Positions 28,444 through 39,984 of a stretch of DNA of 64,000 nt are shown here, piece by piece. The notes under the pieces were generated by a model. That model saw nothing but the letters and a program-made list of their open reading frames with translations. It did no database searches and was not told where the DNA came from. How positions within the stretch are numbered: position 1 is the stretch's first letter; every line of letters starts with the position of its first letter. Source of the stretch: an uncultured Verrucomicrobiae bacterium (GTDB taxonomy: Bacteria > Verrucomicrobiota > Verrucomicrobiia > Chthoniobacterales > Terrimicrobiaceae); NCBI GenBank assembly GCA_963706955.1, contig CAVPOC010000008.1, positions 576,001 to 640,000 on the forward strand, written 5' to 3'. The translations under genes were made by a program, and so were the position numbers.

Positions 28444-31050
28444 ATGGCATCCCAACGCAAGCAATTTCCTTTTCTTGATTTCGAACCCAAATGGCAGTCG
28501 CGATGGCTGGTCGAAGGAGGGTTTCGCGCTCCCAATCCGGGAGACGCCGGTTTTGATGCAGCAAAGCCCAAGTACTACATCCTCGACATGTTTCCTTATC
28601 CGAGCGGCGAGGGACTGCATGTGGGCCACGTGGAGGGATACACCGCCACCGACATCCTCGCTCGCTTCAAGCGGATGCGCGGCTTCAACGTTCTCCATCC
28701 GATGGGGTGGGACGCCTTCGGACTCCCAGCAGAGCAATTTGCCATCAAGACCGGACAGCATCCTCAGATCACTACTGAGCGCAACATCGCCCGATTCCGA
28801 GCACAACTTCGATCGATCGGCTTCAGTTATGATTGGACACGCGAATTCAGCACGACCGACCCGGATTATCTTCGATGGACTCAATGGATTTTTCTCAAGC
28901 TCTATGGTTCATGGTTTAATCCCCAAACCCAAAAAGCAGAGTCGATAGGAACTTATCAAGGCGAAGACCCAGACAGCGTTCGGCTCGCCTACGTCGCCGA
29001 AATGCCGGTGAACTGGTGCACCGCGCTTGGCACAGTCCTGGCCAATGAGGAGGTCGTCGACGGCAAGAGCGAGATTGGGGGGCACCCAGTCGAGCGACGC
29101 CCGATGAGACAATGGATACTTCGCATCACCGCCTATGCAGAGCGGCTAATCAATGAGCTCGAAGGGCTGGACTGGCCACACGGCATCAAACTCCTGCAGC
29201 GGAATTGGATCGGTCGAAGCGAAGGCGCCGCCGTGAAGTTCAGTCTGGCCAACGGCGGCAGCGACTTGGAAGTATTCACGACGCGTCCAGACACGCTTTT
29301 CGGCGCCACCTATATGGTGCTCTCACCCGAGCACCCGTTAGTCGCTGAGATCACTGCCCCCGAGCAAAGGGCGGACGTGGATGCCTATCAACGCGAGGTC
29401 GGCTCGAAGTCCGACTTGGAGCGCACCGAACTGACCAAGGAAAAGACTGGTGTCTTTACCGGCGCATACGCGATCAATCCGGTAAACGGCGAAAAAATTC
29501 CGATTTGGATCGCGGACTACGTGCTCATGGGTTACGGGACCGGGGCGATCATGGCGGTCCCGGCGCACGACCAAAGGGATTTTGAATTTGCCAAGCAATT
29601 CGGATTGGAGATCCGGCGCGTCGTTCAGGAGGTTGGAGATGACCGGACAATGGACGGTTCTAACGTTCCCATGGCCGCGGCGTTTAGCGGAGAAGGCATT
29701 GCCGTCAACTCCGCGCTGCTGAGTGGACTACCCACACCTCAGGCGAAGGAAAAGATCGTGGCTTGGCTCCAACAGCAGGATTTGGGACGGAGAACTGTCA
29801 GCTATAAGCTTCGCGATTGGCTGTTTTCGCGACAGCGGTACTGGGGTGAGCCGTTTCCGATCGTTTGGGAAAAGGGCAGACATCGCGCTCTCGACGAGAG
29901 CGAACTTCCCCTCCTCCAACCAGCGATGGAAGATTTCAAGCCTACCGGCACGCCAGAGCCGCCGCTCAGCAAAGCCCGCGCTTGGGTAAACTATTCCGAC
30001 TCCATCAGGCGCGAAACGAATACCATGCCGCAATGGGCCGGCTCCTGCTGGTACTATTTGCGCTTCTGCGATCCGAAGAACTCAGCGCGCTTTGTCGGCA
30101 AACAAGCCGAAGCCTATTGGATGACTGGGAGGGTGGAAGGTGCTCCTCCAGAGCCGCAGCCGTGCGGCGGCGTCGACCTCTATGTCGGCGGAACTGAGCA
30201 TGCAGTGCTGCACCTGCTCTACGCGCGGTTTTGGCACAAGGTCCTCTTCGACTTAGACTATCTCTCAACTTCCGAGCCATTCCAGCGGCTCGTTAATCAA
30301 GGAATTATTCTGGGTCCTGACAATCAGAAGATGTCCAAGAGCAGGGGTAATGTGGTGAATCCTGAAAACGTGATCGCGGAGTATGGCGCGGATTCCTTGC
30401 GACTCTATGAAATGTTCATGGGTCCGCTCGAGCAAATGAAACCCTGGAGCATGAAGGGGGTTGAAGGCGTGTATCGCTTTCTCGGACGCGTGTGGCGGCT
30501 GGTCAGCGAGGAAACTCAGGAAGGCGACTGGACGCTTTCTCGTGAACTCGCCGAGGTCGAACTTAGTGACCGCCAACTCCGTCTGATTCACGCGACCATC
30601 AAGAAGGTCACTGAGGACATTGAAGGCTTAGCGTTCAATACGGCGATCTCCCAAATGATGATTTTGACTAATGAATTTGTTAACGCCAGACCTCGCCCCG
30701 TCGCCGGCTTGCGGATTCTGCTGACGCTCCTCTCACCGTTCGCCCCGCATTTGAGCGAAGAACTCTGGGAGCGCCTCGCAGAGAAGTTTTCCGGATTTGA
30801 TACCCACGCGTCTTTGCAGCCGTGGCCCGTTTACGATGAGAATCTCCTGACTGTCGATGAAGTCGAATATGCCGTGCAAATAAATGGCAAGGTGCGCGAT
30901 CGCATGCTCGCGAAGAAGGGCGCCTCGGACTCTGAATTGGAAAAAGCTGCGCTGACGACGCCGAAGGTCCGGGAAGCCGTCGCTGGCAAGCCGGTGCTCA
31001 AAACTATCATCGTGCGCGACAAGTTAGTAAATATTGTGCTGGGAAAATAG
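28444..31050 (+). CDS. leuS: Leucine--tRNA ligase
   Basis: [35 protein letters not shown] editing domain, [13 protein letters not shown]. Confidence 0.98.
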   Translation: MASQRKQFPFLDFEPKWQSRWLVEGGFRAPNPGDAGFDAAKPKYYILDMFPYPSGEGLHVGHVEGYTATDILARFKRMRGFNVLHPMGWDAFGLPAEQFAIKTGQHPQITTERNIARFRAQLRSIGFSYDWTREFSTTDPDYLRWTQWIFLKLYGSWFNPQTQKAESIGTYQGEDPDSVRLAYVAEMPVNWCTALGTVLANEEVVDGKSEIGGHPVERRPMRQWILRITAYAERLINELEGLDWPHGIKLLQRNWIGRSEGAAVKFSLANGGSDLEVFTTRPDTLFGATYMVLSPEHPLVAEITAPEQRADVDAYQREVGSKSDLERTELTKEKTGVFTGAYAINPVNGEKIPIWIADYVLMGYGTGAIMAVPAHDQRDFEFAKQFGLEIRRVVQEVGDDRTMDGSNVPMAAAFSGEGIAVNSALLSGLPTPQAKEKIVAWLQQQDLGRRTVSYKLRDWLFSRQRYWGEPFPIVWEKGRHRALDESELPLLQPAMEDFKPTGTPEPPLSKARAWVNYSDSIRRETNTMPQWAGSCWYYLRFCDPKNSARFVGKQAEAYWMTGRVEGAPPEPQPCGGVDLYVGGTEHAVLHLLYARFWHKVLFDLDYLSTSEPFQRLVNQGIILGPDNQKMSKSRGNVVNPENVIAEYGADSLRLYEMFMGPLEQMKPWSMKGVEGVYRFLGRVWRLVSEETQEGDWTLSRELAEVELSDRQLRLIHATIKKVTEDIEGLAFNTAISQMMILTNEFVNARPRPVAGLRILLTLLSPFAPHLSEELWERLAEKFSGFDTHASLQPWPVYDENLLTVDEVEYAVQINGKVRDRMLAKKGASDSELEKAALTTPKVREAVAGKPVLKTIIVRDKLVNIVLGK

Positions 31051-31078
31051 GAACGACCATTGTCGTTCGTGCCTCGCC

Positions 31079-32014
31079 ATGCCTGCAAATTCTAACGAGA
31101 TGATTTTTCTGGAAGAAGACGACTGGCACGAGCGCCGTGCCAAGCATAAAGCCAGGGTGCGCAGATGGATTGAGCCACGACTCGAGCGCGCGGCGCGGCA
31201 TGAATGTGATCCGGTGGAAGACTTCCTCTTCGAATATTATCCCTACCGTCCTGCCAAGCTTCTTCACTGGCATCCTGGGATCGGTGTCGAGCTGCAAGGC
31301 GAAACGGCCCGCGAGTATCTCTCTGGCAAGGACTACCATGAAACGCAGCAGGGCGTCACCGTTGGCGTGTCACAGCTCTCCGTGGCGCGGATCCAATCCA
31401 TCGGGTGGATCGGTCACCTGCTTCGGCGCACCGCCGATAGAATCGGCGCCTTCGGTTGCTTCGGTCTTCACGAATGGGCCATGGTCTACGAGGCAGAGTC
31501 GATTCGCCATCCGACCTGGCCCCTGCGTATAACGGCTGCGGAAATTGCCGTCGTTATTCAATCGCTGCGAATCCGCTGCACGCATTACGACGCTTTTCGT
31601 TTTTTCACATCGCCAGCGCGCCCGCTCAACAGATATCAGCTGACGCGCGACACGACATCTGCCTTCGAACAACCGGGCTGCCTGCACACAAACATGGACC
31701 TCTATAAGTGGGCTTTCAAACTTGCGCCCTTCACGTCATCCGACCTCGTGGCGGACTGCTTTGAACTCGCCTGGCGCATCCGAGTGCTCGATATGCGAGC
31801 GAGTCCCTACGATCTCACGGCAATCGGATATCCGCCAGTCTGCGTCGAAACGCCGGAAGGGCGTGCAGAATACGAGAGCCTCCAGCGAGACTTTGCCCGC
31901 AGGGCCGCGCCGCTTCGCCAGCGTTTGCAAGCGGTCTGCGCAACCATCGTCGAGAGCTGGACCATTCGTGAGGTCGATAGGGCCGTTTCCGACTTGCCTT
32001 GTGTCGTCCGATGA
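31079..32014 (+). CDS. Conserved protein of the family often annotated '3-methyladenine DNA glycosylase' (function unverified)
   Basis: PVEDFLFEYY, CFGLHEWAMVY, CTHYDAFRFFT, EQPGCLHTNMDLYKW, DMRASPYDL. Confidence 0.75.
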   Translation: MPANSNEMIFLEEDDWHERRAKHKARVRRWIEPRLERAARHECDPVEDFLFEYYPYRPAKLLHWHPGIGVELQGETAREYLSGKDYHETQQGVTVGVSQLSVARIQSIGWIGHLLRRTADRIGAFGCFGLHEWAMVYEAESIRHPTWPLRITAAEIAVVIQSLRIRCTHYDAFRFFTSPARPLNRYQLTRDTTSAFEQPGCLHTNMDLYKWAFKLAPFTSSDLVADCFELAWRIRVLDMRASPYDLTAIGYPPVCVETPEGRAEYESLQRDFARRAAPLRQRLQAVCATIVESWTIREVDRAVSDLPCVVR

Positions 32015-33093
32015 TCGTCCCAGCAGCCGTCCGTTGCTGGGCCGAAATCGACCTGTCCGCCATTCGTTACAACGTGGGCGTGGTGCGAGACAAAATCGGT
32101 GAGGGACCGGGAATTCTCGCCGTGGTGAAGGCCAATGCCTACGGACACGGCTCCAGCGAGGTCGCTGCCACCCTCACCGATCTCGTTGACCTCTTTGGAG
32201 TGGCCAACGTTGAAGAAGCGCAGCCGCTTGCCGGACTTCGCCGCGACGTTTTGCTGCTGAGCCCGTCAGCACCGGGCGAACGGGCGGAGGTCGTCGCCCG
32301 GCGCTATATTGCCACAGTCTCCAGCGCAGCGGAAGCAGCGCACTTCGCCGGCGGCAGGGTCAACTTTAAGATTGACACCGGCATGGGGCGAATCGGCTGT
32401 CCAGAACGGAATGCCTTGGAAGAACTAGAGGCTCTTCAGCGGCTGAAGACAGTTAAGGTGCACAGCATTTCCACCCATCTCCCCGTTTCGGACGAAGACG
32501 CAGACTACACACGTCTTCAGCTGAACCGCTTTGGGGATCTGGCAATCAGGCTACGGGCGCTCGCCCCGAACGCGAAAATTCACGTCTTGAATAGCGCGGG
32601 CATTCTCGGATTCCCCGGTCATGCGCACGATTTGGTACGGCCAGGACTAATGCTGTATGGCAGCGCCTACCCCTCGGAATTTCAACCGTTCTTGCGCCCG
32701 GCTCTCACCTGGAAAGCCAGAATTTTGCTCGTCCGTGAGGTTGGCCCAAACCAAAGTGTGAGCTACGGAAGGACGTTCATCACCCCACATGCGATGCGCA
32801 TCGCAGCAGTAGCAGTAGGTTATGCCGATGGCTTCCCGCGACAGGTTTCAGGTCGCAACGCTCAGGTACTTGTGGGCGGGAAGCGCTGTCCGATCCTCGG
32901 CCGAGTGACGATGGACCAAATCCTTGCCGACGTGACTTCGCTGCCTGAAATCAACCCGGGCGACGAAGCCGTCCTGATCGGAGATCAAGGAAACGAGAGT
33001 ATTCTCGCGCGAGAACTAGCCGAACAGGCGGGCACCATCTCTTGGGATATCTTCACAAGCATCGGGAACCGCACGCACAGGTTCTATTGCTGA
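32011..33093 (+). CDS. alr: Alanine racemase
   Basis: AVVKANAYGHG PLP lysine, KIDTGMGRIG, VRPGLMLYG, GYADG, GRVTMDQ. Confidence 0.96.
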   Translation: MIVPAAVRCWAEIDLSAIRYNVGVVRDKIGEGPGILAVVKANAYGHGSSEVAATLTDLVDLFGVANVEEAQPLAGLRRDVLLLSPSAPGERAEVVARRYIATVSSAAEAAHFAGGRVNFKIDTGMGRIGCPERNALEELEALQRLKTVKVHSISTHLPVSDEDADYTRLQLNRFGDLAIRLRALAPNAKIHVLNSAGILGFPGHAHDLVRPGLMLYGSAYPSEFQPFLRPALTWKARILLVREVGPNQSVSYGRTFITPHAMRIAAVAVGYADGFPRQVSGRNAQVLVGGKRCPILGRVTMDQILADVTSLPEINPGDEAVLIGDQGNESILARELAEQAGTISWDIFTSIGNRTHRFYC

Positions 33094-33345
33094 CTTGTAG
33101 CAGCCATGCCCTCATTGCCGAGGGATTTGGTAGCAGCGAGGTCCTCGTCGCCGAAACCCTCGGCGGTGGGGACGCCGCCGCGACATCGTCGGCAGCCAGA
33201 TTTCCGAAAATTTTTTGCCAGAAACCGCTCTCCATTAAGCGATCAACGCTGCATCGAGCTGCCAGCATAGACGGATTGAATCGGCCTGCGAAGATTTGGA
33301 GACGAAAACTAGACATCATGAAAGTTTTGTCTACTGTCCGCCATT

Positions 33346-33774
33346 ATGCCGTCCAAAGATGCTTCCGACTTCACGCCGGAATCGGAAGCGCCCACCGATA
33401 TCGCACCGCTGGGGCGCGCCGGCCGAAAGCCTTCTCATGAATTAACGGCGCCCGAAGACGATGATGTTGCCGACTGGAACGCCATCGCCGCCGATCCGCA
33501 ATTCAAGCAACTCCTCAGCGAAAAGGCCCGTTTCATCCTCCTGGCGACGATCTTTTTTATCATCTACTATTTCACCCTGCCCGTGCTGGTGGGCTGGTTT
33601 CCCGAACTGATGGACCGCAAGGTGATCGGAGAGGTAAATTTGGCGTATCTGTTCGCCCTCTCGCAGTTCTTTATGGCGTGGATTCTCGCCTTTCTCTACG
33701 TAGGGGCCGCCGCTGGTTGGGACCGTCAAGCCGCCGCCCTCATCTCACGGTTTCGCAGGCAACCGCGAGTCTGA
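33346..33774 (+). CDS. DUF485 (YjcH-like) membrane protein
   Basis: Two TM segments, DPQFKQLL, FALSQFFMAW; sits upstream of actP as is typical. Confidence 0.85.
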   Translation: MPSKDASDFTPESEAPTDIAPLGRAGRKPSHELTAPEDDDVADWNAIAADPQFKQLLSEKARFILLATIFFIIYYFTLPVLVGWFPELMDRKVIGEVNLAYLFALSQFFMAWILAFLYVGAAAGWDRQAAALISRFRRQPRV

Positions 33775-33898
33775 AGTGCAGACTAATGCTTCGTTCAGGA
33801 GTGCAGTATTCAAGGCGGCGGTCCTCCACCAAGCCAACCCCTTCGAGCCTGTTCTGTGCCCCGCCACTTTGAAATAAAGTCCCTCCCGTAGTCGAAGA

Positions 33899-35554
33899 AT
33901 GACCTCGTTTCTTGCCCAGGCCGCAGCGCCCGCCGAGCGCACCCACGCGGCACTTTTGATGTTTCTGGCTTTTGTCGCGGCGACGCTGATTATCACCTAC
34001 TTCAGCGCGCGGAAATCGTCAGGTTCCAGCGCGTACTTTGCCGCCAACCGCCGCATCAGGGGATGGCAAAATGGTCTCGCCGTGGCCGGCGACTACATGA
34101 GTGCCGCCAGTTTCCTCGGGATTGCGGGCATGATCGCCTTCTTTGGCTATGATGGCTTCATGTATTCAGTCGGCTGGCTGGTGGCCTACCTGACCGTCTT
34201 GATCATAGTTGCCGAACCGCTTCGCAACGCCGGAAAATACACCATGGCGGATCTGCTGGCCTACCGACTCAAACAACGCCCGGTGCGCGCGATGGCGGCG
34301 CTAAGCACGATCACAGTTTCGACCTTCTATATGATCGCGCAGATGGTCGGCGCAGGAGCCTTGGTCAAACTGCTGCTTCCCGGCGTGAGTTTCAATGTAG
34401 CGGTATGTGGTGTCGGCATTCTCATGATCATTTACGTGGTTTTTGGTGGAATGCTTGCCACCACCTGGGTGCAAATCATCAAGGCCGTGTTGCTCATGGG
34501 TGGAAGCATCCTGCTCAGCGTGATGGTCATGGCGCACTTCGGATTCAGCTTCGCGGCCTTCTTCGAAGCAATTTCTCACGTCACCTACCACGTGAAAGGG
34601 CAGGAGGTAACCAAGAACTTTCTCGAACCCGGCCTCAAATTCGGGGCCGCCGTCACCAATGGCTGGGGTCCTCTCGATCTTGTTTCGCTTGGTTTGGCCC
34701 TAGTTTTCGGCACCGCGGGTCTGCCGCATATTCTCGTGCGCTTTTACACCGTGCCGGATGCGAAGACGGCGCGGGTCTCGGTGGTTTGGGCGATGGCGCT
34801 CATCGGGGCCTTTTATATAATGACCACCTTTCTTGGCTTCGGTGCCGCAACAATTCTTACACCGGACCGTATTGTGGTTGATGGCAAGCCGAACGACAAT
34901 ATGGCTGCTCCTCTGCTCGCGCAGGCACTCGGTGGAGAGATCTTCTTCGCGTTCATTTCCGCCGTCGCGTTTGCCACCATTCTCGCGGTGGTCTCGGGGC
35001 TAACCATCTCGGCCAGCACGTCGTTCGCGCACGACTTCTATACAAACGTCATCCATCACGGAAGAGAGCGGTCGCCCGGTGAAGAGGTCCGCGTCGCTCG
35101 CATCACCGCGTTCGTGGTCGGCGCTCTGGCAATTTTCCTCGCCATCCAGCTGCAGACAATCAATGTCGCCTTTCTGGTCGGCCTGGCATTCGCGGTGGCC
35201 GCGAGCGCCAACCTGCCGGTCATCGTGCTGAGCATCTTCTGGAGACGCTTCACAACAGTTGGCGCGGTTTGTGGCCTCGCCGTCGGTCTAGCCGCCAGCA
35301 TTCTCCTGATTCTCCTCAGCCCCTCGATCATGGGAATCGACGCCGCGGATGTTCCCGCCGCCAAACGACATTTGATCCAGGCGGCGCCACTTTTTCCTTT
35401 GACCAACCCCGGCATCATCAGCATTCCCCTTGGCTTCATCGCAGCTATTCTCGGCACCCTCTTCACGCGCGAGCCTAGCGCGGAGGCACAGTTTACCGAA
35501 CTGGTTGTTCGCGCGAACACCGGTCTGGGAGCAGAAAAGGCTACGGTCCATTGA
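33899..35554 (+). CDS. actP: Cation/acetate symporter (SSS family)
   Basis: [51 protein letters not shown]. Confidence 0.92.
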   Translation: MTSFLAQAAAPAERTHAALLMFLAFVAATLIITYFSARKSSGSSAYFAANRRIRGWQNGLAVAGDYMSAASFLGIAGMIAFFGYDGFMYSVGWLVAYLTVLIIVAEPLRNAGKYTMADLLAYRLKQRPVRAMAALSTITVSTFYMIAQMVGAGALVKLLLPGVSFNVAVCGVGILMIIYVVFGGMLATTWVQIIKAVLLMGGSILLSVMVMAHFGFSFAAFFEAISHVTYHVKGQEVTKNFLEPGLKFGAAVTNGWGPLDLVSLGLALVFGTAGLPHILVRFYTVPDAKTARVSVVWAMALIGAFYIMTTFLGFGAATILTPDRIVVDGKPNDNMAAPLLAQALGGEIFFAFISAVAFATILAVVSGLTISASTSFAHDFYTNVIHHGRERSPGEEVRVARITAFVVGALAIFLAIQLQTINVAFLVGLAFAVAASANLPVIVLSIFWRRFTTVGAVCGLAVGLAASILLILLSPSIMGIDAADVPAAKRHLIQAAPLFPLTNPGIISIPLGFIAAILGTLFTREPSAEAQFTELVVRANTGLGAEKATVH

Positions 35555-35644
35555 TTCCTCGCGAATCGCGAGTATAACTAGCACCGTCCGAAGACGGTTC
35601 CGCTTCTCTGAACGGAAGCCGCAACCTTTGGTCTGATAACCTGT

Positions 35645-36976
35645 ATGTTTTCTCGCCTTTCTGACAAACTTCAGGAGGTCTTCAAAGATCTCCGCGGGCA
35701 TGGCCGCATCAGCGAACAGAACGTAGCCGACGCCCTTCGCGAAGTTCGCCTGGCCCTACTCGAAGCCGACGTTCACTTCCGAGTCGCCAAGGACTTTATT
35801 GCTCGCGTCAAAGACAAAGCCCTGGGCGAGGACGTGCTCCGGAGTGTCACTCCCGGTCAGCAAATCGTCAAAATCTTTCAGGATGAGCTTACTTCCCTTC
35901 TCGGCGGGGATGCTTCACCACTGAACCTCGCTAGCCCCGCGCGAATCCTCATGGTCGGGCTGAATGGCGCCGGTAAGACGACCTCCTCCGCCAAACTGGC
36001 ACGATGGCTCAAAGCGCAAGGCAAAGCCCCTTTGCTCATCGCGTGCGATCTCCAGCGTCCGGCGGCCATCCAGCAGTTGGCGACCTTGGGCCAACAAATC
36101 GGTGTTCGCGTCTTTCAGCCGAAACCCGGCGAGAAAGATCTCCTTGAGGTCAGCCGTCAAGCCGCAGCCTGGTGTGAGCAGGAAGGTGGCAATGTCCAAA
36201 TCTACGATACCGCCGGTCGCCAGGAAATCGACGAGCTCCTTGTCGAAGAACTCCGCCGGCTGAAGGATGCGGTCGCTCCGCAGGAAGTCCTCCTCGTCTG
36301 TGATGCCGCCACCGGCCAGCAGGCCGTCAGTGTGGCTGAACATTTCCACAATGCACTTGGGCTTACCGGAATTGTCCTGACAAAACTCGATGGCGACGCG
36401 CGCGGCGGAGCTGCCCTCTCGCTCCGCGAGGTGACCAAGCAACCTATCAAGTTCGCCGGAGTGGGCGAAAAGCTCGATCAGTTTGAACCGTTCTATCCCG
36501 AACGCCTGGCCGGTCGCATTCTTGGCATGGGTGACGTTGTCAGCCTGGTCGAAAAGGCCGCCGAGGCAATTACCGAGGAAGACGCGCGCCGCATGGAGGA
36601 AAAGCTGCGGACCGCTTCCTTCGATCTGAACGATTTCCTCCACCAGTTTAAGCTGCTGCGCCGCATGGGGCCCTTGGAAAATGTGCTTGGCATGCTTCCA
36701 GGAATGGATAAGCTAAAAGATTCCTCGATTGACGAGAGACAGCTCAAACGGGTGGAGGCAATAGTTCTCTCCATGACTCCGAAGGAACGCGTACGTCCAG
36801 ATATTCTGAACGCGCGACGGCGCCAGAGGGTGGCTCGCGGAAGCGGCTCGACAGTCACCGAGGTCAATAATCTCCTTCTTCGCTTCAACCAGATGCGCAA
36901 GATGATGAAGAAGGCGGGACAAATGAAGAAATTGATGGCCCAAGCCCGCCAGGCCGGAATACCAGGACTTAGCTGA
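35645..36976 (+). CDS. ffh: Signal recognition particle protein
   Basis: ALLEADV, GLNGAGKTT, DTAGR, TKLDGDARGGAALS, RILGMGD, M domain. Confidence 0.97.
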   Translation: MFSRLSDKLQEVFKDLRGHGRISEQNVADALREVRLALLEADVHFRVAKDFIARVKDKALGEDVLRSVTPGQQIVKIFQDELTSLLGGDASPLNLASPARILMVGLNGAGKTTSSAKLARWLKAQGKAPLLIACDLQRPAAIQQLATLGQQIGVRVFQPKPGEKDLLEVSRQAAAWCEQEGGNVQIYDTAGRQEIDELLVEELRRLKDAVAPQEVLLVCDAATGQQAVSVAEHFHNALGLTGIVLTKLDGDARGGAALSLREVTKQPIKFAGVGEKLDQFEPFYPERLAGRILGMGDVVSLVEKAAEAITEEDARRMEEKLRTASFDLNDFLHQFKLLRRMGPLENVLGMLPGMDKLKDSSIDERQLKRVEAIVLSMTPKERVRPDILNARRRQRVARGSGSTVTEVNNLLLRFNQMRKMMKKAGQMKKLMAQARQAGIPGLS

Positions 36977-37028
36977 GCGCGCGGTTGACGCGAAGGCTAG
37001 TAACTACCAATCTCAAATCAGCAGCACA

Positions 37029-37280
37029 ATGGCAGTGGCAATCCGACTCCGGCGCGAAGGCGCTCGCAATAGTCCGTACTACAAGATCGTGGTCGCAGAC
37101 CAACGCAAGCCGCGCGACGGAAAGTTCATCGAGATTATCGGAACGTATGATCCGAAGAAAAAAGGCGAGAACTTCACGCTCCAGCTTGATCGAGCCGACT
37201 ACTGGGTAAGTGTCGGTGCACGGCCTTCACTTACCGTTGGCAGTATCATCAACAAAGCCCGTAAGAAAGCTACCGCTTGA
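37029..37280 (+). CDS. rpsP: 30S ribosomal protein S16
   Basis: MAVAIRLRREG...YKIVVAD...RDGKFIEIIGTYDP. Confidence 0.97.
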   Translation: MAVAIRLRREGARNSPYYKIVVADQRKPRDGKFIEIIGTYDPKKKGENFTLQLDRADYWVSVGARPSLTVGSIINKARKKATA

Positions 37281-37294
37281 GCGGGCCCTGACGC

Positions 37295-37525
37295 GTGGAG
37301 GAGTTCCTTCGCTTCGTCATCGGTCAACTCGTCGAATACCCGGACGAGATTATCCTTACGAAGACCGAAACGCCCGATCGCGTGGTTTTTCACCTGACCG
37401 CCCGGAAGAGCGATGTCCCCAGAATCATTGGCAAAGGCGGGCACACCATCCAGGCAATTCGCACGCTTTTGAACGCTTCCGCTCACCGGCGCGGCCAAAA
37501 AGCAAATCTCGAAATCCTCGAATGA
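37295..37525 (+). CDS. khpA: KH-domain RNA-binding protein
   Basis: RIIGKGGHTIQAIRTLL GxxG motif; directly after rpsP. Confidence 0.9.
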   Translation: MEEFLRFVIGQLVEYPDEIILTKTETPDRVVFHLTARKSDVPRIIGKGGHTIQAIRTLLNASAHRRGQKANLEILE

Positions 37526-37716
37526 ATATCCGGTTAATCCTATTTGCGTCCGCCCTATGCACCTTAAGTTTCGGGTGCGAGATGCATCCTGTGACCGAGG
37601 AAGAGACCGGTGTCAAGGACCGGGCGAAGGCCTCGGCAGAGTTGCAGAGAGCTCTGGAACCCGAGCCGGCCAACCCGCACCCACCGTCGTTTTTCCCGAC
37701 TCCGCAGGCCGAGTAG
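37522..37716 (+). CDS. Small putative lipoprotein (64 aa)
   Basis: ATGA overlap with the khpA stop; MNIRLILFASALCTLSFG-C lipobox-like signal. Confidence 0.55.
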   Translation: MNIRLILFASALCTLSFGCEMHPVTEEETGVKDRAKASAELQRALEPEPANPHPPSFFPTPQAE

Positions 37717-37813
37717 CGCCTCACGGCCAGCTTACTCGGTCCCCTTGAAACCCTGACCTAAGTTGTCAGCACCCTTTTGAAACCCCTTAATTACTGAGCC
37801 TCGACGATATTCC

Positions 37814-39491
37814 GTGATAAAAAAAATCCTCATTCCCCTTCTTGCCATTCTTGTTCTTGTTGCCGCTTACGCTGTTTGGTCACTGAAGGACACTGGACCG
37901 GCCGACGCTGCAGAGCTTGTGCCCGCGGAGACGGTCGCTTTTGCATGCATCCCTGACCTCCCCCGGACCGCCTCACGATGGCCAAAGACAACGCTCGCCA
38001 AGATTGGCGCTGAACCCGAAGTAAAGGCTTTCCTTGAGCGACCTCTCCAATATCTGACCAGCGACCAAGGAGGGAGTGAGGCCGCTGGAATTCTTTGGAA
38101 GCTTAAGCCGGGGCGCATCTTTAGCGCGATGGTTTCGATGACCTCGAACGATGCGACCATACTGGTCGGTTTCCAGTTCTGGGGCGGCAAGAGCGGACAC
38201 GACGTCGCGGTGGCGCGCCTGCGGCGAAGAGCTTTCCAAAGGAAATGCGCCTGCAGAGCTTGTCCGCGAGACCTACAACGGTGTCGAGATTCTCTCCAGC
38301 AAGCACGGCGCTCACACCCTCTACAACGCGAGCGAGGGACAGTGGGGATTTCTCTCGAACAATCTAGATGCCATCAAGGATGCGCTTGATCGAGCGTCCG
38401 GCCGGAAAAAGGAGGGGAACCTTGCGGCGAGCACCGGTTATAAGGAAGTTCTCGAGAAGCTCCTGAAAGATGCCGACTTGCTGTTTTTCTGTCAGCCCCA
38501 GAGCGCTTTGGATGCCTTGCTAGAAGTCGGTTCCTCACTCGGCGCAAAACCCATTCCACAACAGGTCGAACAGCTCAAAAAAGTCGAGGCCGTGGGCGCG
38601 ACCACGATGTTGGACGGCGCAAATCTGCGAGACCGAATTTTTGTTCTCCGCAGAAATCCGCCAGACATCGGCACGCTCAGCCACCACGGCATGAAGCTCA
38701 CCTCGCCGGAAACCATCGCTTACTTCGACTTCGCCAGCGATTTTCGCCAGATCTCCACGGCGACCTCGAATGCCATCACCGCCGGTCTGCTGGATGCGCA
38801 AGCCATCGGGAATTCGCGCCTTCCGCGCTTGATCCCGGAGGGCTTTGGACCCGATTGCGCCATATCGATTTCTTGGACGCCCGAACAAATGACCCCAGCG
38901 GGAGTGATCGCACTGCAGATAAAGGATCAAGCTAAGGCAGATGAGGCAGTCCAGGAGGCGCTCTCACTCCTTCCGGAGGCAAGCGTCACCGAATCCGAAG
39001 GCGTCCGGTATATCAGCTTTCCCTCGTTACAAAGTCCGTTTGCGAATCCGACACTGGCTATGATCGATAAATTTTTGGTTCTGGGCATCAGTTCAGGGGA
39101 GTTGAGTCAGGCGATGCAGTCATTCAAGAGCGGGCAAACCCTGGATAAGGTGCCCGCCTTTGCCGCCGCGGAAACTGCCTATCGCACAGCGAACGAGGTC
39201 TTTGGATACGTGGATACCAAGAGACTCGTTGAGCGCAGCTACCCGCAACTTCGCCAAATCATCATCTTTGGCGCGGCCATCATGCCGGGCGTCAGCGACA
39301 TCATCGATGGCTCGAAGTTGCCTGAAACTGAGACTATCGCCAGGCATCTTCAGCCAATCGTCTACGGACAAACTCGTATCCCGGAAGGTTATCTAATTGA
39401 GTCAAGTGGGCCGATCACCATGAATCACGCCTTCTTGATCGCGGCGGCGGCCGGTGCTTCCCTCTTCAAGCCTGCCACGACCGGTCCATAA
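37814..39491 (+). CDS. Exported hypothetical protein (DUF3352-like), frameshift near 38225
   Basis: Signal anchor, [12 protein letters not shown]; reading continues in ORF 38151-39491. Confidence 0.6.
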
Positions 39492-39573
39492 GGGCATTTT
39501 GAGGCGGGCAGCCGGAGCAAGATTTGAATTGCAACTTGGCGTCCAATCGTGCGTGTTTAGTGAAATTACCGCC

Positions 39574-39984
39574 ATGAAATCTTCGCACTGGATCGTCTCC
39601 GCCACCGCACTCTTGATCGTGCTTGCAGCCTGTCAAAGCGGCAGCGAGAGCGGCTCTCATCGAGCGCCGGCTCCCAACCGGTTCGGCTACCAGGGGACCC
39701 AATCGACGCAGACCCAGTTCGCCGATGCGCCGCCCACTCCGACACCAACTCCGGCGCCCGAGCCCCCTCCGCCGCAGGATACCGCTCCATCTCCCACGCC
39801 GGAGACGACGGCGGCCACGACAGCTCCGACCCGAGACATTCCCTACGGGACGCCGGTCCCAGGGAAGGTCGGATTCGTGACCAGCCCACACGCGCCTTAC
39901 GCCGGCTACGTTGACGTGCGCGGTTTTCCCCCAGGAACTGAGGTCAAGTGCCCATACACGAATAAAATCTTCCTTGTCCCCTGA
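39574..39984 (+). CDS. Pro/Thr-rich lipoprotein
   Basis: LAA-C lipobox, PTPTPTP linker, compact C-domain [18 protein letters not shown]...[11 protein letters not shown]. Confidence 0.75.
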   Translation: MKSSHWIVSATALLIVLAACQSGSESGSHRAPAPNRFGYQGTQSTQTQFADAPPTPTPTPAPEPPPPQDTAPSPTPETTAATTAPTRDIPYGTPVPGKVGFVTSPHAPYAGYVDVRGFPPGTEVKCPYTNKIFLVP

